Positions 62,901 through 64,000 of a stretch of DNA of 64,000 nucleotides are shown piece after piece. This DNA is from Raillietiella orientalis (Eukaryota), in contig JAYWIR010000008.1 in the NCBI GenBank assembly GCA_036172245.1, forward strand, positions 1,922,001 to 1,986,000, in the 5' to 3' direction. Under the pieces are notes generated by a model. That model did no database searches and was not told the DNA's origin. It saw only the letters and a program-made list of their open reading frames with translations. A program made the translations under genes and the position numbers. The number at the start of each line of letters is the position of its first letter. Position 1 is the first letter of the stretch.

Positions 62901-64000
62901 TGGAGCATCGGGAAAGCGGCTGTCGGATGCCCTGCTGATTCCCATGAGTCTAGCATTCGTTCTGACGGCGGCGGCGGCATCCGAGGAAGATGAAGCTCCT
63001 GTCGTTGCGGATAACGAAGGGAGAGGGCACCCAAGCAACCGGGATCACACGGAAACCTCGAGGACGACGCTCGAGGTTACTCGAGAAACCGAAAGGACCA
63101 GTCAAGGCTCGGTCTCCCTAGGGTCTCGCGTCCACTGCCAGCCACCAGCTGCAGGTAAGTTGATCTGCTGAGCATGAAAACGCCGAGAATAAAAGGGGTG
63201 TGGCAAGGAGGACGCTTTCTGCCTTTCAGGTCCAGAAGATTCCGTGCTCGACCGAATCTCCTCTTCGGAGAGTTCCTCTGCCCCATGTAAGGATCTCTGG
63301 GAGGCGGATTTTTTTTTTTTTTAAAAAAAAGCCTGCAGAGATAACAGCAAATGACGAGGTCGCAGTAATCTCCCCTTTAGCGTTGGTTTGGTCAACAGGG
63401 AAGGTTTGCTACATCGTCGGGTGGCAATGTCCTTTCGTTATCAAGGTGACTGACTGATAAGCGCACGTCTTTGTGAAGGTCTGTAGCACTGATGTGCCGG
63501 CTGGTCGCCAGCAGCCATCTTGTGCCGAGTGGACACATAAGAGGATGTGTGGTTGCTGAACGCACGCTTCGATGCGATTGGGCATGTGACCCCGCACTCT
63601 CTGCTTGATAACGAACAGCATCTCACTGGTCATGAATCTCGCTGAGTCGTTTCGGCTTTCTGTGGAGGGAGCAGGGCAACAACCTTCCTCGATCATGACC
63701 TCGTGGTTCCATCCCGAATGAAAGCCGGCAGCGGAACAGCAGTGCGTTTACTGCACGGCAAAGGGAAAAATTTGAGACTTCAGAAGATGGAAAAACTCCC
63801 GGGAACTCCCGCCACCTCAAAGTACAACCGGGTTAGGCGGCCGCAGCATCATGGAAAACATGAGGGCTGTCGGCCTGCAAGCGCTTATTCAGACGAAATC
63901 TAAAGATTCACCGCTTTTGTGCTGGTCGAGGGTGGTAGGAAAGTTGTTAGAAGAGCCATCACGGCTATCCAGTTTAAGGAACAAACCAAAGCAACCAGTT

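Noticed and set aside
26400..64000. GC-rich flank as an integrated giant virus or bacterial insert
   Set aside because: It contains a spliceosomal-intron gene, SINEs and LINE debris, with no dense intact ORFs or viral/bacterial hallmark genes.

Overview
Eukaryotic genomic DNA, probably from an invertebrate (arthropod-like; inferred from gene structure and repeat content). Two spliced protein-coding genes can be reconstructed exon by exon. (1) A well-conserved ARL3 small GTPase (+, 4 coding exons, 24026-25208, 182 aa) sits in a sharply AT-rich, CpG-poor island (~19.1-26.3 kb). (2) A very divergent SLC7/CAT-type (cationic amino acid transporter, APC superfamily) gene (-, 7-8 exons, ~42971-30274) keeps phase-consistent GT-AG splicing and the CAT helix layout, but has lost the canonical substrate/transport motifs and contains two 41-nt introns. 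The GC-rich flanks and large introns are a graveyard of mobile elements: many L1/Tx1-clade LINE fragments (three share a 3' terminal hairpin), an R2-superfamily restriction-like-endonuclease remnant, a tRNA-derived SINE family with internal ~40-bp subrepeats (at least 3 copies), two copies of a hAT-like terminus, and a few decayed gene fragments. No prokaryotic-type systems (CRISPR, operons) are seen. Family assignments come from motif recognition by eye, not database searches.
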